From: Acidimicrobiales bacterium
GTDB taxonomy: Bacteria; Actinomycetota; Acidimicrobiia; Acidimicrobiales; SKKL01
DNA: 59,132 nt
Direction: 5' to 3'
Assembly: GCA_046543225.1 (NCBI GenBank)
Contig: JBKGZW010000001.1
Coordinates: 1 to 59,132 of the forward strand
Shown here: positions 10,853 through 19,071 of the stretch, piece by piece
Numbering within the stretch: position 1 is the stretch's first letter
Layout: each line of letters opens with the position of its first letter
Notes under the pieces: generated by a model
The model's input: the letters and a program-made list of their open reading frames with translations, nothing else
Told to the model about the DNA's origin: nothing
The model's database searches: none
Position numbers and translations under genes: made by a program

Positions 10853-11053
10853 TTGGCTACCGGTACCGTCAAGTGGTTCAACGCCGAGAAGGGCTACGGC
10901 TTCATCTCGCGCGAGGGTGGGAGCGACGTGTTCGTCCACTTCTCCGCGATCCAGGGCAGTGGCTACCGCTCGCTCGACGAAGGTCAGACCGTCGAGTTCG
11001 AGGTCACGACCGGCCCGAAGGGCGACCAGGCCCAGGACGTTCGACCCGTCTGA
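10853..11053 (+). CDS. cspA: Cold-shock protein (CSD, CspA family)
   Basis: 66 aa with a TTG start. [33 protein letters not shown] contains the RNP1 (KGYGFI) and RNP2 (VFVHF) motifs. Confidence 0.96.
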   Translation: MATGTVKWFNAEKGYGFISREGGSDVFVHFSAIQGSGYRSLDEGQTVEFEVTTGPKGDQAQDVRPV

Positions 11054-11055
11054 CC

Positions 11056-11087
11056 AGCAACTGAGCAACTGAACAACCGAGCAACGA
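11056..11087 (+). repeat. Four imperfect tandem 8-mers (AGCAACTG AGCAACTG AACAACCG AGCAACGA)
   Basis: Read directly, immediately after the cspA stop codon and upstream of the terminator-like hairpin. Confidence 0.7.
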
Positions 11088-11097
11088 TCGCGACAGT

Positions 11098-11123
11098 GGT
11101 GGCCGTCCTCGGGGGCGGCCACC
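11098..11123. terminator. Hairpin between convergent cspA and the glnR-like gene
   Basis: GGTGGCCG (11098-11105) pairs with CGGCCACC (11116-11123) across a 10-nt loop. There is no U-tract, which fits the I-shaped actinobacterial type. Confidence 0.45.
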
Positions 11124-11160
11124 GCCGCGTGGGCCCGGCAGCGCGGGACCCCGGGGCGGG

Positions 11161-11841
11161 TCAGCTCATCCAGCGCGACTGGCCGAACGAATACCCCACC
11201 GAGCGGATCGTCTGGATGAGGTTGGCGTGCTCCTCGCCGAGCTTGGCCCGCAGTCGCCGGATGTGGACATCCACGGTGCGCGCACCCCCGTAGTACTCAT
11301 AGCCCCACACCCGGCTCAGCAGGGTCTCGCGGGTGAAGACCTTGCCGGGGTGCGCGGCGAGGAACTTCAACAGCTCGTACTCCATGTAGGTGAGGTCGAG
11401 GGGACGCCCGCCGATGGCTGCCTGGTAGGTCTCGAGGTTGAGGACCAGATCCTTGTACTCGATGAGCTCGGGTCGGGTGCCGCGACCGGTGCGCCAGAAC
11501 AGGTGCTTGAGCCTGGCCTCGAGCTCGCGGGGGTGGAACGGGGTGAGCAAGAAGTCGTCGAAGAGGTCGTCGCGCAGCTCGAGGTCGCCGAGCTGGGCCC
11601 CCGAGATCAGCAGGAGGAGCGGTTCGAGGGGGACGTCGCGCTTGCGGAGCTCGCGGCACACCGCGAACGCACCCTCGGGATCGGTGTCGGCACAGACCAC
11701 CGCCCCTGCCCAACCATCGGGCGGCTCCTGGCGGTCGACCGACATCTCGTCGCCCGCGGGCTTCCACGGGTAGCCGCCCAGGTCGAGCGCCTGGGCAAGC
11801 TCCGGTGGAGCCGGATCGGGGAAGAGCAGGAGGGGTTCCAT
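11161..11841 (-). CDS. glnR: GlnR-like OmpR-family orphan response regulator
   Basis: This is the C-terminal 226 codons of ORF 11161..13200, starting at ATG 11841, 8 nt after the stop of the upstream GS gene. It has an atypical receiver (MEPLLLFPDP...VVCADTDPEGAF...LLLLISG). The OmpR winged helix reads YKDLVLNLETYQAAIGGRPLDLTYMEYELLKFLAAHPGKVFTRETLLSRVWGYEYYGGARTVDVHIRRLRAKLG. Confidence 0.8.
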   Translation of the reverse strand: MEPLLLFPDPAPPELAQALDLGGYPWKPAGDEMSVDRQEPPDGWAGAVVCADTDPEGAFAVCRELRKRDVPLEPLLLLISGAQLGDLELRDDLFDDFLLTPFHPRELEARLKHLFWRTGRGTRPELIEYKDLVLNLETYQAAIGGRPLDLTYMEYELLKFLAAHPGKVFTRETLLSRVWGYEYYGGARTVDVHIRRLRAKLGEEHANLIQTIRSVGYSFGQSRWMS

Positions 11842-11849
11842 GTGGGGAG

Positions 11850-13184
11850 CTACCAGTTGGGGAGGTATCGACTCAGCTCGAACTGGGAGACGTGGGCCTT
11901 GTAGTCGGCCCACTCGGCCCGCTTGTTGCGCAGGAACCACTCGAAGATGTGCTCGCCGAGGGTCTCGGCCACCAGCTCGGAGCGCTCCATCTCGTCGAGC
12001 GCCTCGGCCAGCGACTGGGGCAGGGCCCGCAGCCCCGCGGCCTTGCGTTCGAGGTCGGTCATCTCGAACACGTTGGTGGCGGCTTCGGGTGGAAGCTCGT
12101 AGTTGCCCTCGATGCCGGCCAGGCCGGCAGCGAGCATGGTGGAGAAGGCCAGGTAGGGGTTGCACGCCGGGTCGGGCGAGCGGAACTCGATGCGGGTGGA
12201 CGACGCCTTGCCGGCCTTGGTGACCGGGATGCGGATCAGCGCCGAGCGGTTGTTGCGGGCCCACGACAGGAACACCGGGGCCTCGTAGCCGACGATGAGC
12301 CGCTTGTAGGAGTTGACCAGCTGGTTGGTCATCGCGGTGATCTCGGGCGCGTGGTGCAACAACCCGGCGATGAACGACCGACCGACCTTGGACAGCTTGT
12401 AGGGGTCGTCGGCGTCGTAGAACGCGTTGGTGTCGCCCTCGAACAGCGACAGGTGGGTGTGCATGCCCGACCCTTGCTGGCCGGCGAGTGGTTTGGGCAT
12501 GAACGTGGCGTAGGCGCCGTGCTCCATGGCGATCTCGCGAACGACCAGCCGGAAGGTCATCACGTTGTCGGCCATCGACAGCGCGTCGGTGTAGCGCAGG
12601 TCGATCTCGTGCTGGCTGGCGGAGTCCTCGTGGAACGAGTACTCGACCGGGATGCCCATCGCCTCGAGCATGTGGATGGTGCGCTGGCGGATGTTGCCGG
12701 CGACATCGGCGGTGGTGAGGTCGAAGTACGACGCGGTGTCGAGCGGCTCGGGCGCCTTGGTCGGGTCGCCGTTGGCGAAGTAGAAGAACTCCATCTCCGG
12801 CGCGCACAGGAACGAGTAGCCGCGCTCGTGGGCCCGGTCGAGGTTGCGTCGCAGGACCTGGCGGGAGTCGCCGGCGAAGGGACTGCCGTCGGGGTTCTCG
12901 ATGTCGCAGAACATGCGGGCGGTGGTGCCGTCCTCGTTGGCCCACGGCAACAGCTCGAAGCTGTTGGGGTCGGGGCGAGCCAGCACGTCGCTCTCCTGCA
13001 CGCGGGAGAAGCCGTCGATGGAGCTGCCGTCGAAGTGCATGCCCTCGTCGAACGCGGTCTCGAGCTCGGCGGGGGAGATGGCGAACGACTTGAGCTGGCC
13101 CAACACATCGGTGAACCAGAGCCGCACGAGGCGGACCCCGCGCTCCTCGACCGTTCGCAACACGTAGTCCTGCTGGCGTTCCAT
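11850..13184 (-). CDS. glnA: Glutamine synthetase type I, GlnA2-like (444 aa)
   Basis: VRLVRLWFTDVLGQLKSFAI...FDGSSIDGF...PEMEFFYF...GSGMHTHLSLF...RNNRSALIRIP...RIEFRSPDPACNPYLAF are the GS beta-grasp and catalytic motifs. Confidence 0.92.
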   Translation of the reverse strand: MERQQDYVLRTVEERGVRLVRLWFTDVLGQLKSFAISPAELETAFDEGMHFDGSSIDGFSRVQESDVLARPDPNSFELLPWANEDGTTARMFCDIENPDGSPFAGDSRQVLRRNLDRAHERGYSFLCAPEMEFFYFANGDPTKAPEPLDTASYFDLTTADVAGNIRQRTIHMLEAMGIPVEYSFHEDSASQHEIDLRYTDALSMADNVMTFRLVVREIAMEHGAYATFMPKPLAGQQGSGMHTHLSLFEGDTNAFYDADDPYKLSKVGRSFIAGLLHHAPEITAMTNQLVNSYKRLIVGYEAPVFLSWARNNRSALIRIPVTKAGKASSTRIEFRSPDPACNPYLAFSTMLAAGLAGIEGNYELPPEAATNVFEMTDLERKAAGLRALPQSLAEALDEMERSELVAETLGEHIFEWFLRNKRAEWADYKAHVSQFELSRYLPNW

Positions 13185-13235
13185 GGCGCAATGGTGCCAC
13201 GTGGGGCGGTGCGACTCGTCCTCGATCCAGGTCCG

Positions 13236-13273
13236 TTCACATAGCGTTCATACATGTGCAACGGCGGGGAAAC
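13236..13273. promoter_or_regulatory. Candidate GlnR box array (5-6-5-6-5-6-5)
   Basis: TTCAC-atagcg-TTCAT-acatgt-GCAAC-ggcggg-GAAAC sits in the comparatively AT-rich divergent intergenic region between glnA2-like (start 13184) and glnII (start 13344). The layout matches the published gTnAc-n6-GaAAc double-box architecture as I recall it. Confidence 0.45.
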
Positions 13274-13343
13274 GGCCACTGCCTACCGTCATCGGCGACG
13301 GGCCCCATGGCCCACCAATCCCACCGTTGAGAGGACAACACGA

Positions 13344-14342
13344 GTGAGCTACCGGGCTGAGTACATCTGGATCGACGGAAGCGAGCCGACCGGCCGCCTT
13401 CGATCGAAGACCAAGGTCGTTCCTGACGGCACCGAGCCCCCCATCTGGGGCTTCGACGGATCGAGCACCAACCAGGCGCCGGGCGCGAACTCGGACTGCG
13501 TCCTGCGTCCGGTCGCGACCTATCCCGACCCGATCAGGGGCGGCAACGACAAGCTCGTCATGTGCGAGGTGCTGTTGCCGGACATGACCCCCCATCCGAC
13601 CAACACCCGCGCGGCGTGTGCCGAGGTCGCCGAGCGCTACGCCGACCAGGAGCCGTGGTTCGGCATCGAGCAGGAGTACACGTTCCTGCAGAACGGCCAC
13701 CCCCTGGGCTGGCCCCAGGGCGGCTTCCCCGGCCCCCAGGGCCCCTACTACTGCGGTGTCGGCGCCGACGAGATCTGGGGTCGTGACATCGTCGAGATGC
13801 ACACCAAGGCCTGCATGGACGCCGGTCTGGCCATCTCGGGCACCAACGCCGAGGTGATGATGGGGCAGTGGGAGTTCCAGATCGGCCCCGCGAGCCCGCT
13901 CGACGTGTCCGACCAGATCTGGGTCGCCCGCTGGCTGCTCTACCGCTGCGGCGAGGAGTTCGACGTCGCCGCCACCCTCGACCCCAAGCCGGTCCAGGGC
14001 GACTGGAACGGTGCCGGTGCGCACACCAACTTCTCGACCAATGCGATGCGGGAAGGCTACGACCCGATCATCGCTGCCTGTGAGGCACTGGGCGCCAAGG
14101 CCGAGGAGCACATCCGCAACTACGGCCCCGGTGTCGAGCAGCGCCTCACCGGCCTGCACGAGACGGCCCCGTGGACCGAGTTCAAGTACGGCGTGTCGGA
14201 CCGCGGCGCGTCGGTCCGCATCCCGTGGCAGGTCGAGGTCGACAAGAAGGGCTACATCGAGGATCGTCGCCCGAACGCCAACTGCGACCCCTACGTGGTG
14301 ACCCGCATGATCACCGACACCTGCTGCAGCGCCCTGGCCTGA
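13344..14342 (+). CDS. glnII: Glutamine synthetase type II (eukaryote-like GSII)
   Basis: GTG 13344 within ORF 13254..14342 is preceded by GAGAGGA. VSYRAEYIWIDGSEPTGRLRSKTK...WGFDGSSTNQAPG...FGIEQEYTF...PQGPYYCGVGA...GTNAEVMMGQWEFQIGP...GAGAHTNFS...RGASVRIP are the hallmark GSII motifs. Confidence 0.92.
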   Translation: MSYRAEYIWIDGSEPTGRLRSKTKVVPDGTEPPIWGFDGSSTNQAPGANSDCVLRPVATYPDPIRGGNDKLVMCEVLLPDMTPHPTNTRAACAEVAERYADQEPWFGIEQEYTFLQNGHPLGWPQGGFPGPQGPYYCGVGADEIWGRDIVEMHTKACMDAGLAISGTNAEVMMGQWEFQIGPASPLDVSDQIWVARWLLYRCGEEFDVAATLDPKPVQGDWNGAGAHTNFSTNAMREGYDPIIAACEALGAKAEEHIRNYGPGVEQRLTGLHETAPWTEFKYGVSDRGASVRIPWQVEVDKKGYIEDRRPNANCDPYVVTRMITDTCCSALA

Positions 14343-14355
14343 CCGCCACGTCGTT

Positions 14356-14385
14356 CCCCGGCGCGCGTCTGGCCGCGCGCCGGGG
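14356..14385 (+). terminator. Perfect 12-bp GC hairpin after glnII
   Basis: CCCCGGCGCGCG (14356-14367) pairs with CGCGCGCCGGGG (14374-14385) across a 6-nt loop, starting 14 nt after the glnII stop. Confidence 0.55.
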
Positions 14386-14450
14386 ATCCATTGGGGTCGT
14401 CGTCGGCTGCGCACCTAAGCTCCGGTGAAGTCCGCGTCATGGGAGGTCTG

Positions 14451-15875
14451 ATGGAGGAGCGCACGCCCGCCGAGGTGCTGGAGCTGGTCGAACGCGAGGG
14501 CTGCGAGTTCGTCGATCTCCGGTTCTCCGATCTTCCCGGGGTCATGCAGCACGTGTCGATCCCCGCCAACCTGCTCGATGACTCACACTTCGAGGACGGC
14601 CACGGCTTCGACGGCTCGTCGGTGCGCGGGTTCCAGGAGATCCAGGAATCGGACATGGTGCTGGTGGCCGACCCCAACACCGCCTACATCGACCCCTTCC
14701 GGCAGCGGAAGACGGCGGTGCTGCACTGCTTCGTGGCCGACCCGGTCACCGGAGAGAGCTACACGCGCGACCCTCGCTATGTCGCCACCAAGGCCGAGGC
14801 CCACCTCTACGCCTCGGGGATCGCCGACGCCGCCTTCTTCGGGCCCGAGCCCGAGTTCTTCATCTTCGACGACGTGCGGTTCGCGACCAACGGCAACTCG
14901 GCGTTCTACGCGGTCGACTCCGTCGAGGGTCAGTGGAACACCGGCACCGACGAGGGTCCCAACCTCGGCTACAAGCCGCGCACCAAGCAGGGCTACTTCC
15001 CCGCGCCGCCGATGGACCACTACCAGGACCTGCGCTCGGAGATGTCGGCCACGCTGCACGCGGTCGGCATCGACACCGAGTTGCACCACCACGAGGTCGC
15101 CAGTGGTGGTCAGGGCGAGATCGGCATCCGCTTCGCCACGCTGCTGTCCATGGCCGACAACCTCATGACCTTCAAGTACGTGCTCAAGAACGTGGCCTGG
15201 GCGGCCGGCAAGTCGCTCACCTTCATGCCCAAGCCGATCTTCGGCGACAACGGATCGGGCATGCACGTGCACCAGTCGCTGTGGAAGGGCGGCGAGCCAC
15301 TGTTCTTCGCCGAGACCGGCTACGCAGGGCTGTCCGACATCGCCCGCTGGTACATCGGCGGCCTGTTGAGCCACGCCCCGGCCGTGCTGGCGTTCACCAA
15401 CCCCACCACCAACTCCTACAAGCGGCTGGTGCCGGGCTATGAGGCGCCGGTCAACCTGGTCTACAGCCAGCGGAACCGGTCGGCGGCGTGTCGCATCCCC
15501 ATCGCCCAGAAGAGCCCCAAGGCCAAGCGGGTCGAGTTCCGCTGCCCCGACTCCACGTCGAACCCGTACCTGGCGTTCGCGGCGATGATGATGGCCGGTC
15601 TCGACGGGATCCAGCAGCGCATCGAGCCGCCCGACCCGGTCGACAAGGACCTCTACGACCTGCCCCCGGCCGAGCTGGCCAACGTCCCCATGGTGCCCGG
15701 GTCGCTCGAGCAGGTGCTCGACGCGCTCGAGGCCGACCAGGACTTCCTCCTCGCCGGCGACGTGTTCACCCCCGACCTCATCGACACCTGGGTGGCCTAC
15801 AAGCGCGAGAACGAGGTCGACGCCCTGCGCCTGCGCCCGCACCCCTACGAGTTCTCGCTCTACTACGACATCTGA
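14451..15875 (+). CDS. glnA: Glutamine synthetase type I (GSI-beta, adenylylatable)
   Basis: ATG 14451 within ORF 14391..15875 is preceded by [36 protein letters not shown]...[10 protein letters not shown]...[11 protein letters not shown]...[10 protein letters not shown]...[17 protein letters not shown]. The adenylylation-loop Tyr context is KDLYDLPP. 474 aa. Confidence 0.95.
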   Translation: MEERTPAEVLELVEREGCEFVDLRFSDLPGVMQHVSIPANLLDDSHFEDGHGFDGSSVRGFQEIQESDMVLVADPNTAYIDPFRQRKTAVLHCFVADPVTGESYTRDPRYVATKAEAHLYASGIADAAFFGPEPEFFIFDDVRFATNGNSAFYAVDSVEGQWNTGTDEGPNLGYKPRTKQGYFPAPPMDHYQDLRSEMSATLHAVGIDTELHHHEVASGGQGEIGIRFATLLSMADNLMTFKYVLKNVAWAAGKSLTFMPKPIFGDNGSGMHVHQSLWKGGEPLFFAETGYAGLSDIARWYIGGLLSHAPAVLAFTNPTTNSYKRLVPGYEAPVNLVYSQRNRSAACRIPIAQKSPKAKRVEFRCPDSTSNPYLAFAAMMMAGLDGIQQRIEPPDPVDKDLYDLPPAELANVPMVPGSLEQVLDALEADQDFLLAGDVFTPDLIDTWVAYKRENEVDALRLRPHPYEFSLYYDI

Positions 15876-16064
15876 GGGGACGGGCGGCCGCGGTGGCCCG
15901 GTGAATCGCGGGTGACGCCGAAGCGAGGGCCCGACGTCGATGGTGACGAGAGTTCACCCGAACGTGAGGTGAACGTCGGGTCATGGTCCGTTCATGTTCG
16001 ATCCGCGCGTGGATGATCCTCTTCGAGGCACCGCCAACCGGTGCACAGATCGAGGAGGAACCAC

Positions 16065-17207
16065 ATGCAACTCAGATCCCCGCACATCGCACGCATCGTC
16101 GCCGCCCTGTTCGCCGTCGCCATCCTCGCCGCCGCGTGCGGTGACGACGACGGTGATGCCGCGGCCGGCGCCGAGGACGCGGCGGCCGACGGGAGCCCAT
16201 CGGAGCAGGGCGGCGGCGACGATGGCGATGGCGGCGACGACGGCGACGGCGACGGCGAGTGCGAGCCCGAGGACGGAGCGCTCCGCGTCTACATGAACCC
16301 CTGGGGTCCGACGATGAGCGACCGCTTCACCGAGGACACCGGGATCCCCACCGAGATCGCCGACCTGGGTGGTGGCGAGATCCTGTCGCGCATCGCCGCC
16401 GAGGCCAACAACCCGCAGTGGGACGTCGTCGTGCTCGACGGCCACGGCAGCCTGCAGGGTCTGGCCGACCAGGGTGACCTGCTCACCGACTGGTCGGTGC
16501 CGAGCCTCGACAACCTCGACGCCGACGGGCGCGAGCTGCTGCCCGACGACCACTCGTGGGTCCCGATCAGCCTCCACGCCGGTGCGGTCCTCGCCTACAA
16601 CACCGACGCCCTCGGCGACGACGTGCCGTCGACGTGGGCCGACCTCACCGACCCCAGCTATGCGCCGATCGGGATCGCCGATCCCGCCGTCGCCGCGCCC
16701 GCGTACCCGATCGTGTCGTGGTTCTTCGACGACCTCGGCACCGAGTCCGCCCAGGACTACTTCAGCACCCTCGCCGAGAACGGGCTCAACACCTATCCGA
16801 AGAACGGGCCGGTCGCCCAGGCGCTGGCGTCCGGGGAGGTCTCGGTCGCCATGTTGCAGGAGCAGAACGTCTACGGACTCCTCGAGGACGGCGAGCCGGT
16901 CGAGTTCGTCTGGCCCGACGAGGGCGCACCCGGGGTGGTGCGAGCGATGGCGATCAGCGCCGACACGCCACGCCCGTGCGCCGCGCAGGCGTTCGCCGAC
17001 TGGCTCTTCACCCCCGAGACCATGACCTATCTCATGGCCGAGGGCGGGGACGACGGCATCCTCTCCCCGCTGGTGGAGGGAACCGACACCTCGTCGCTGC
17101 CCGAGCAGCGTCCGGAGGACGGCCCGCTGCCGTACCCCAGCGCCGACTACTCGGCCGAGATGGAGGTCGAGATCAAGGACTGGTTCGCCAACCAGCTCCC
17201 CGGTTGA
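16065..17207 (+). CDS. ABC transporter substrate-binding lipoprotein (Fbp/Afu/Pot-type)
   Basis: ATG 16065 is preceded by GAGGAGG. The lipobox is LAAACG, followed by a long Asp/Gly-rich linker. The periplasmic-binding fold reads LRVYMNPWGP...WDVVVLDGHGSLQ...PISLHAGAVLAYN...IADPAVAAPAYP. Confidence 0.8.
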   Translation: MQLRSPHIARIVAALFAVAILAAACGDDDGDAAAGAEDAAADGSPSEQGGGDDGDGGDDGDGDGECEPEDGALRVYMNPWGPTMSDRFTEDTGIPTEIADLGGGEILSRIAAEANNPQWDVVVLDGHGSLQGLADQGDLLTDWSVPSLDNLDADGRELLPDDHSWVPISLHAGAVLAYNTDALGDDVPSTWADLTDPSYAPIGIADPAVAAPAYPIVSWFFDDLGTESAQDYFSTLAENGLNTYPKNGPVAQALASGEVSVAMLQEQNVYGLLEDGEPVEFVWPDEGAPGVVRAMAISADTPRPCAAQAFADWLFTPETMTYLMAEGGDDGILSPLVEGTDTSSLPEQRPEDGPLPYPSADYSAEMEVEIKDWFANQLPG

Positions 17208-17208
17208 C

Positions 17209-19071
17209 GTGAGCTCGACGCAGGTCGCGACCGACCCCGGGCGGGTCCCCCTCCGCCGGCGGTACCGCCCCGACACGGTGCTCGGGTGGTGCATCGTCGC
17301 CGCACTCGCGGTGCTCGTCGGGCTGCCGCTGGTGGCGGTGCTGGCGCAGGGGGTCATCCCGGGTGTCGGTGTGGCCCCGGACTGGTCGGTGCAGCCACAG
17401 CTGCTCGCCGAGCTGTTCGATCGCCCCCTGTGGCAGCGGAGCCTCACCAACTCGATGATCCTGGCCACCGGCGCGATGGTCGTCGGCGGGGCGTTCGGCT
17501 CTGGCCTCGCGCTGCTGCGCCACACGGCTTCGTTCCCTGGCGCGCGGCTGCTCGACGTGGCCGCCTGGGTGATCCTGGTGAGCCCGTCGTTCGTGCTCGC
17601 CCAGGGGTGGGTCCTCTTCGCCTCCCCGAGCGGGGTCGCCGCCAACTCGCTCGGGCTCGACTGGGTCTCGTCGTTCGTGTTCTCGCGACCGGGGCTCGTC
17701 GTGGTGATGAGCCTCACCCAGTTCCCCCTGGCGTACCTGGCGACGGCGGCGGCGCTGCGCTGGGACGACGCGTCCTACCGTCACGCAGCATCGCTCAGCG
17801 GTGCCGGACCGCTGACGGTGCTGCGGACCGTGCGGCTCCCGCTGCTCACCCCCGCCGTGGCGTCGGGAGCGGTGCTGGTCTTCGTGGACTCGCTCGGGGA
17901 CTTCGGCCTCCCGGCCGCCCTCGCCTCGTCGTACCAGTTCCCCACCCTCCCATACTCGATCTACGCGTCGGTCCGCCAGAGCCCCGTCCAGTTCGAGCTC
18001 GCCGGGGTCCTCTCGCTGTATCTCGTCGCGATCCTCGCGGTGGCGGTGGTGATCTACCTCCGCCTCCTCGGACGATCGCGCTACGACTTCATCAGCGCGA
18101 GGGCGTCGTCGGCGCCCGCGGCCCCCGCCGCTCACCCGTGGCTCCGGACCGGACTCACGGTGCTGGTGGTGCTGGTGGTGCTCGGGATCCCCGTCGGTTC
18201 GTCGGCCCAGGTGTCGCTGTCGCACTCGATCTCGGGAGGGCTCACTGCGGAGAACTTCACGCTCGACCACTACGTCGAGGTCTTCGACGGGAGCGGACGG
18301 ATGATGGAAGGCGCAGTCCACTCGCTCACCATCGCCGCCAGCGCCGCGCTGTTGACCACCGTGCTCGGGTTCGCCATCGCGGTGCTCATCACCTTCACCG
18401 GGTTCCGAGGCCGCGGCCTGATCGATCTGGCCGGGACGGCCACGCTCGCGATCCCGGGCATCGTCCTCGCTGTCGGCTACATCTTCGTCTGGAACCAGCC
18501 CGTGCTCGAGCCGCTGGGGCTCGGCCTGTACGGCCGCCCCGTGCTGCTCGTGCTCGCCGCGGTCGCCTCGGCGCTCCCCATCGCCATCCGGCTCCAGCTC
18601 GGGGCACTGGCCCAGGTGCCGGGATCCTTGCTGACCGCCGCGGGGCTCAGCGGAGCTGGACTGCTCACCCGGCTGAGGACGGTGCTGGTCCCCCTCGTCG
18701 CCGCCGCGGTGGTCTCGGCGCTCGCGGCGGTCTTCGCCCTGAGCGTCTTCGACCTCGCCGCGACCACCATGCTCGCCCCGCCCAACTACGTGACGCTCCC
18801 GGTGGAGATCCTGCTGGAGTTCGACCGCGGGCGGTACGGATACGCGACGGCCGGGGCGCTCTTCGCCGCCGCCATCGTCGTGGTCGCCGCGCTCGTCGCC
18901 ACCCGGGTCGGTACCTGGCTGCTGAGCCAGGCCGGTGGGTCCCCGTCACCCGACCCGGGTCGGCGCGGCCACGACCACGACCACGACGACGACCACGAGC
19001 CCGATGACGACACCCCTCCGGGACCGGGTAGGCCGGTCCTGGTGGGATCGACCAGTGGAGGAGACCGATGA
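17209..19071 (+). CDS. ABC transporter permease, duplicated (two BPD_transp_1 halves, FbpB/AfuB-like) with His/Asp-rich C-terminal tail
   Basis: 620 aa with about 12 TM segments. There are two EAA-like loops (AASLSGAGPLTVLRTVRLPLL and AAGLSGAGLLTRLRTVLVPLV). The tail reads GHDHDHDDDHEPDDD. Confidence 0.85.
   Translation: MSSTQVATDPGRVPLRRRYRPDTVLGWCIVAALAVLVGLPLVAVLAQGVIPGVGVAPDWSVQPQLLAELFDRPLWQRSLTNSMILATGAMVVGGAFGSGLALLRHTASFPGARLLDVAAWVILVSPSFVLAQGWVLFASPSGVAANSLGLDWVSSFVFSRPGLVVVMSLTQFPLAYLATAAALRWDDASYRHAASLSGAGPLTVLRTVRLPLLTPAVASGAVLVFVDSLGDFGLPAALASSYQFPTLPYSIYASVRQSPVQFELAGVLSLYLVAILAVAVVIYLRLLGRSRYDFISARASSAPAAPAAHPWLRTGLTVLVVLVVLGIPVGSSAQVSLSHSISGGLTAENFTLDHYVEVFDGSGRMMEGAVHSLTIAASAALLTTVLGFAIAVLITFTGFRGRGLIDLAGTATLAIPGIVLAVGYIFVWNQPVLEPLGLGLYGRPVLLVLAAVASALPIAIRLQLGALAQVPGSLLTAAGLSGAGLLTRLRTVLVPLVAAAVVSALAAVFALSVFDLAATTMLAPPNYVTLPVEILLEFDRGRYGYATAGALFAAAIVVVAALVATRVGTWLLSQAGGSPSPDPGRRGHDHDHDDDHEPDDDTPPGPGRPVLVGSTSGGDR

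Noticed and set aside
11056-11087. 8-nt tandem repeats, considered as a CRISPR array or microsatellite locus
   Set aside because: The units are far too short, there are no spacers, and there are only four imperfect copies. They are recorded as a simple repeat with no inferred function.
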